64,000 nucleotides of DNA from Azolla caroliniana (Eukaryota > Plantae > Polypodiophyta). The notes beneath the pieces are model-generated. The model ran no database searches and was not told where the DNA came from. It was given only the letters and a program-made list of their open reading frames with translations. The DNA is taken from the NCBI GenBank assembly GCA_043228905.1, contig JBHGNT010000001.1, positions 10,292,001 to 10,356,000 on the forward strand, in the 5' to 3' direction. A program made the position numbers and the translations under genes. Positions 62,601 to 64,000 of this stretch are shown piece after piece (positions within the stretch are counted from its first letter, which is position 1; every line of letters begins with the position of its first letter).

Positions 62601-64000
62601 GGAGTGAACAACATTATTATACGCAAACTCCGCAAAGTGGAGAATCTCGGCCCAATCGTCCTATTGATAACTCAGGAAACACCGGAGATATTGCTCTAGC
62701 GTTTGGTTTGTTCGTTCCGCCTGCCCATCGGTCTGAGGATGGTAGCCGGAGGAGAGGTTGCAAGAGACCTTGAGCATCTTGAAGAGATGCTGCCAAAATT
62801 TGGAGACGAATTGTGGTCCTCAGTCACTGATGACACTGTCTGAGAGGCCATGATGCCGAAATAACTCACGCATGACAAGGGCGGCGGTTTCCTCGCTAGT
62901 GATGACCTTAGTACACGGCACAAAGTGTGCCATCTTCGTATATCGATCAACGATGGTTAAGATAGCATCGAACCCCTTCGAGATTGGTAGATTTGTAATA
63001 AAGTCAAGACAAATAGATTGCCACGGCTTACTTGGAATCGGTAAGGGTTCCAACAAGCCATATGGATGGTGTCGTGGCATCTTTGCTGGGCAGCAAGCAT
63101 CACAGGTCCGAACGTAGTCGTTGACAAAACGTCACATATGGGGCCACCAAAAGGATCGTTGAACTAGATCCAATGTCTTAGTGCTACCGAAATGTCCCGC
63201 CATATGGGTGTTGTGACAACTTTGGACGATTTGAAGGCGACATGAGAAATTGGGGACATATACAAGATTTTTAAAGAATAACAAACCATCATGATATTCG
63301 AATTATCGGTAGTCCATACCTGGTTGTTGAGACTGGGAACAAGATGCCCGAGAGGTATCAATGTGCGCCAGAATGTCTTGAGCAAAATTGTCCATCTTCA
63401 AGTTCGCACGTATGGTGTCGGTAATTTGGGAATCCATTGGGATGTGAAAAATCCGCGTTGTGTGCAATCGTGTTGGTCCCAAGATTACTTGCTTTTGATT
63501 ATCAAACACTGGATCACCAGGATGAGGTGCAAGATATGAACGCCGTGATAGTGCATCTACCTTTCCTTGCTGCTTCCCCGGTCAATATGCGATTTTGAAA
63601 TCAAAACGTGTGAGGAATTGAGCCAACCTAGCTTGCCATCGATTTAGCACACGAGCGTTCTGGAAATAAGAAAGATTCTTGTGATCACTGAAGATGATGA
63701 CCTGATGTGGAGAGCCCTCCAAAAAATGCCGCCATTGCACAAATGAATCCACGATGGCTAATAACTCCTTGTCATGTATTTCGTAGTTGATTTCCGCAAC
63801 ATCGAATTTGCACGAATGGAAAGCCACAAGATGTAACTCTTCTTTATCTCCTTGTTGAGAAAGGATGCTACCGAGGGTGAAATCTGATGCGTCGGCCTCC
63901 ATGATGAATGGTTTGCTTGTATCCACATGAGCTAGAATAGGCGTTGATGTAAAGGCTTTCTTAAGATGCCGAAAAGCCATGTCCGCTTCATTGAACCAAA
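59647..64000 (-). mobile_element. Ty3/gypsy chromovirus B (Tcn1/Tf2-like), 3' part, internally rearranged; 3' LTR 59647-60087
   Basis: PPT AAGGGCGGGATAG then TGTCATG on the minus strand. Chromodomain EYEVVAILDS..YLVDWLGY..TWEP, GPF motif, RNase H EADASDF..NYEIHDKELLAIV..WRHFLEG..SDHKNL. Runs off the window. Confidence 0.9.
60011..60082 (+). other. Degenerate tRNA-like segment with Pol III A and B boxes inside the LTR
   Basis: A-box-like TGGTGTGATGG (60018-60028), variable-loop-like AGGTC and B box GGTTCGAGTC (60062-60071) at tRNA spacing. Stems pair poorly, so this is not a functional tRNA. Confidence 0.6.

Overview
Eukaryotic, land-plant nuclear DNA with spliceosomal GT-AG and GC-AG introns. 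The flavour of the LINE and chromovirus remnants and the EG16 gene suggests a non-seed plant, possibly a fern (inference). I reconstructed seven host genes by hand from splice sites: an ATG1 autophagy kinase (+, 13 exons), a small basic UPF0390/C19orf53-like protein (-), an SLX1-like GIY-YIG nuclease (+), a PLATZ transcription factor (+), the mitochondrial F1 ATP synthase gamma subunit (-), an intronless GH16 endoglucanase of the EG16 clade (-) and an At1g76660-like Pro/Ser-rich protein (-). There is also an orphan His/Asp/Gly-repeat ORF fused to a LINE remnant. Mobile DNA includes a very young intact Ty1/copia element (1090-6554; LTRs, TSD, PBS and PPT all visible), several LINE and gypsy remnants, and a three-layer LTR nest at the right end. 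The strongest leads are an ATP synthase gamma that seems to have no mitochondrial presequence, a tRNA-like Pol III A/B-box module at the edge of a chromovirus LTR, a quasi-palindrome (CCGACTCGG) repeated six times through the young copia element, and a higher-order ~21-nt repeat array downstream of EG16. No database searches were run, so family calls rest on recognised motifs.
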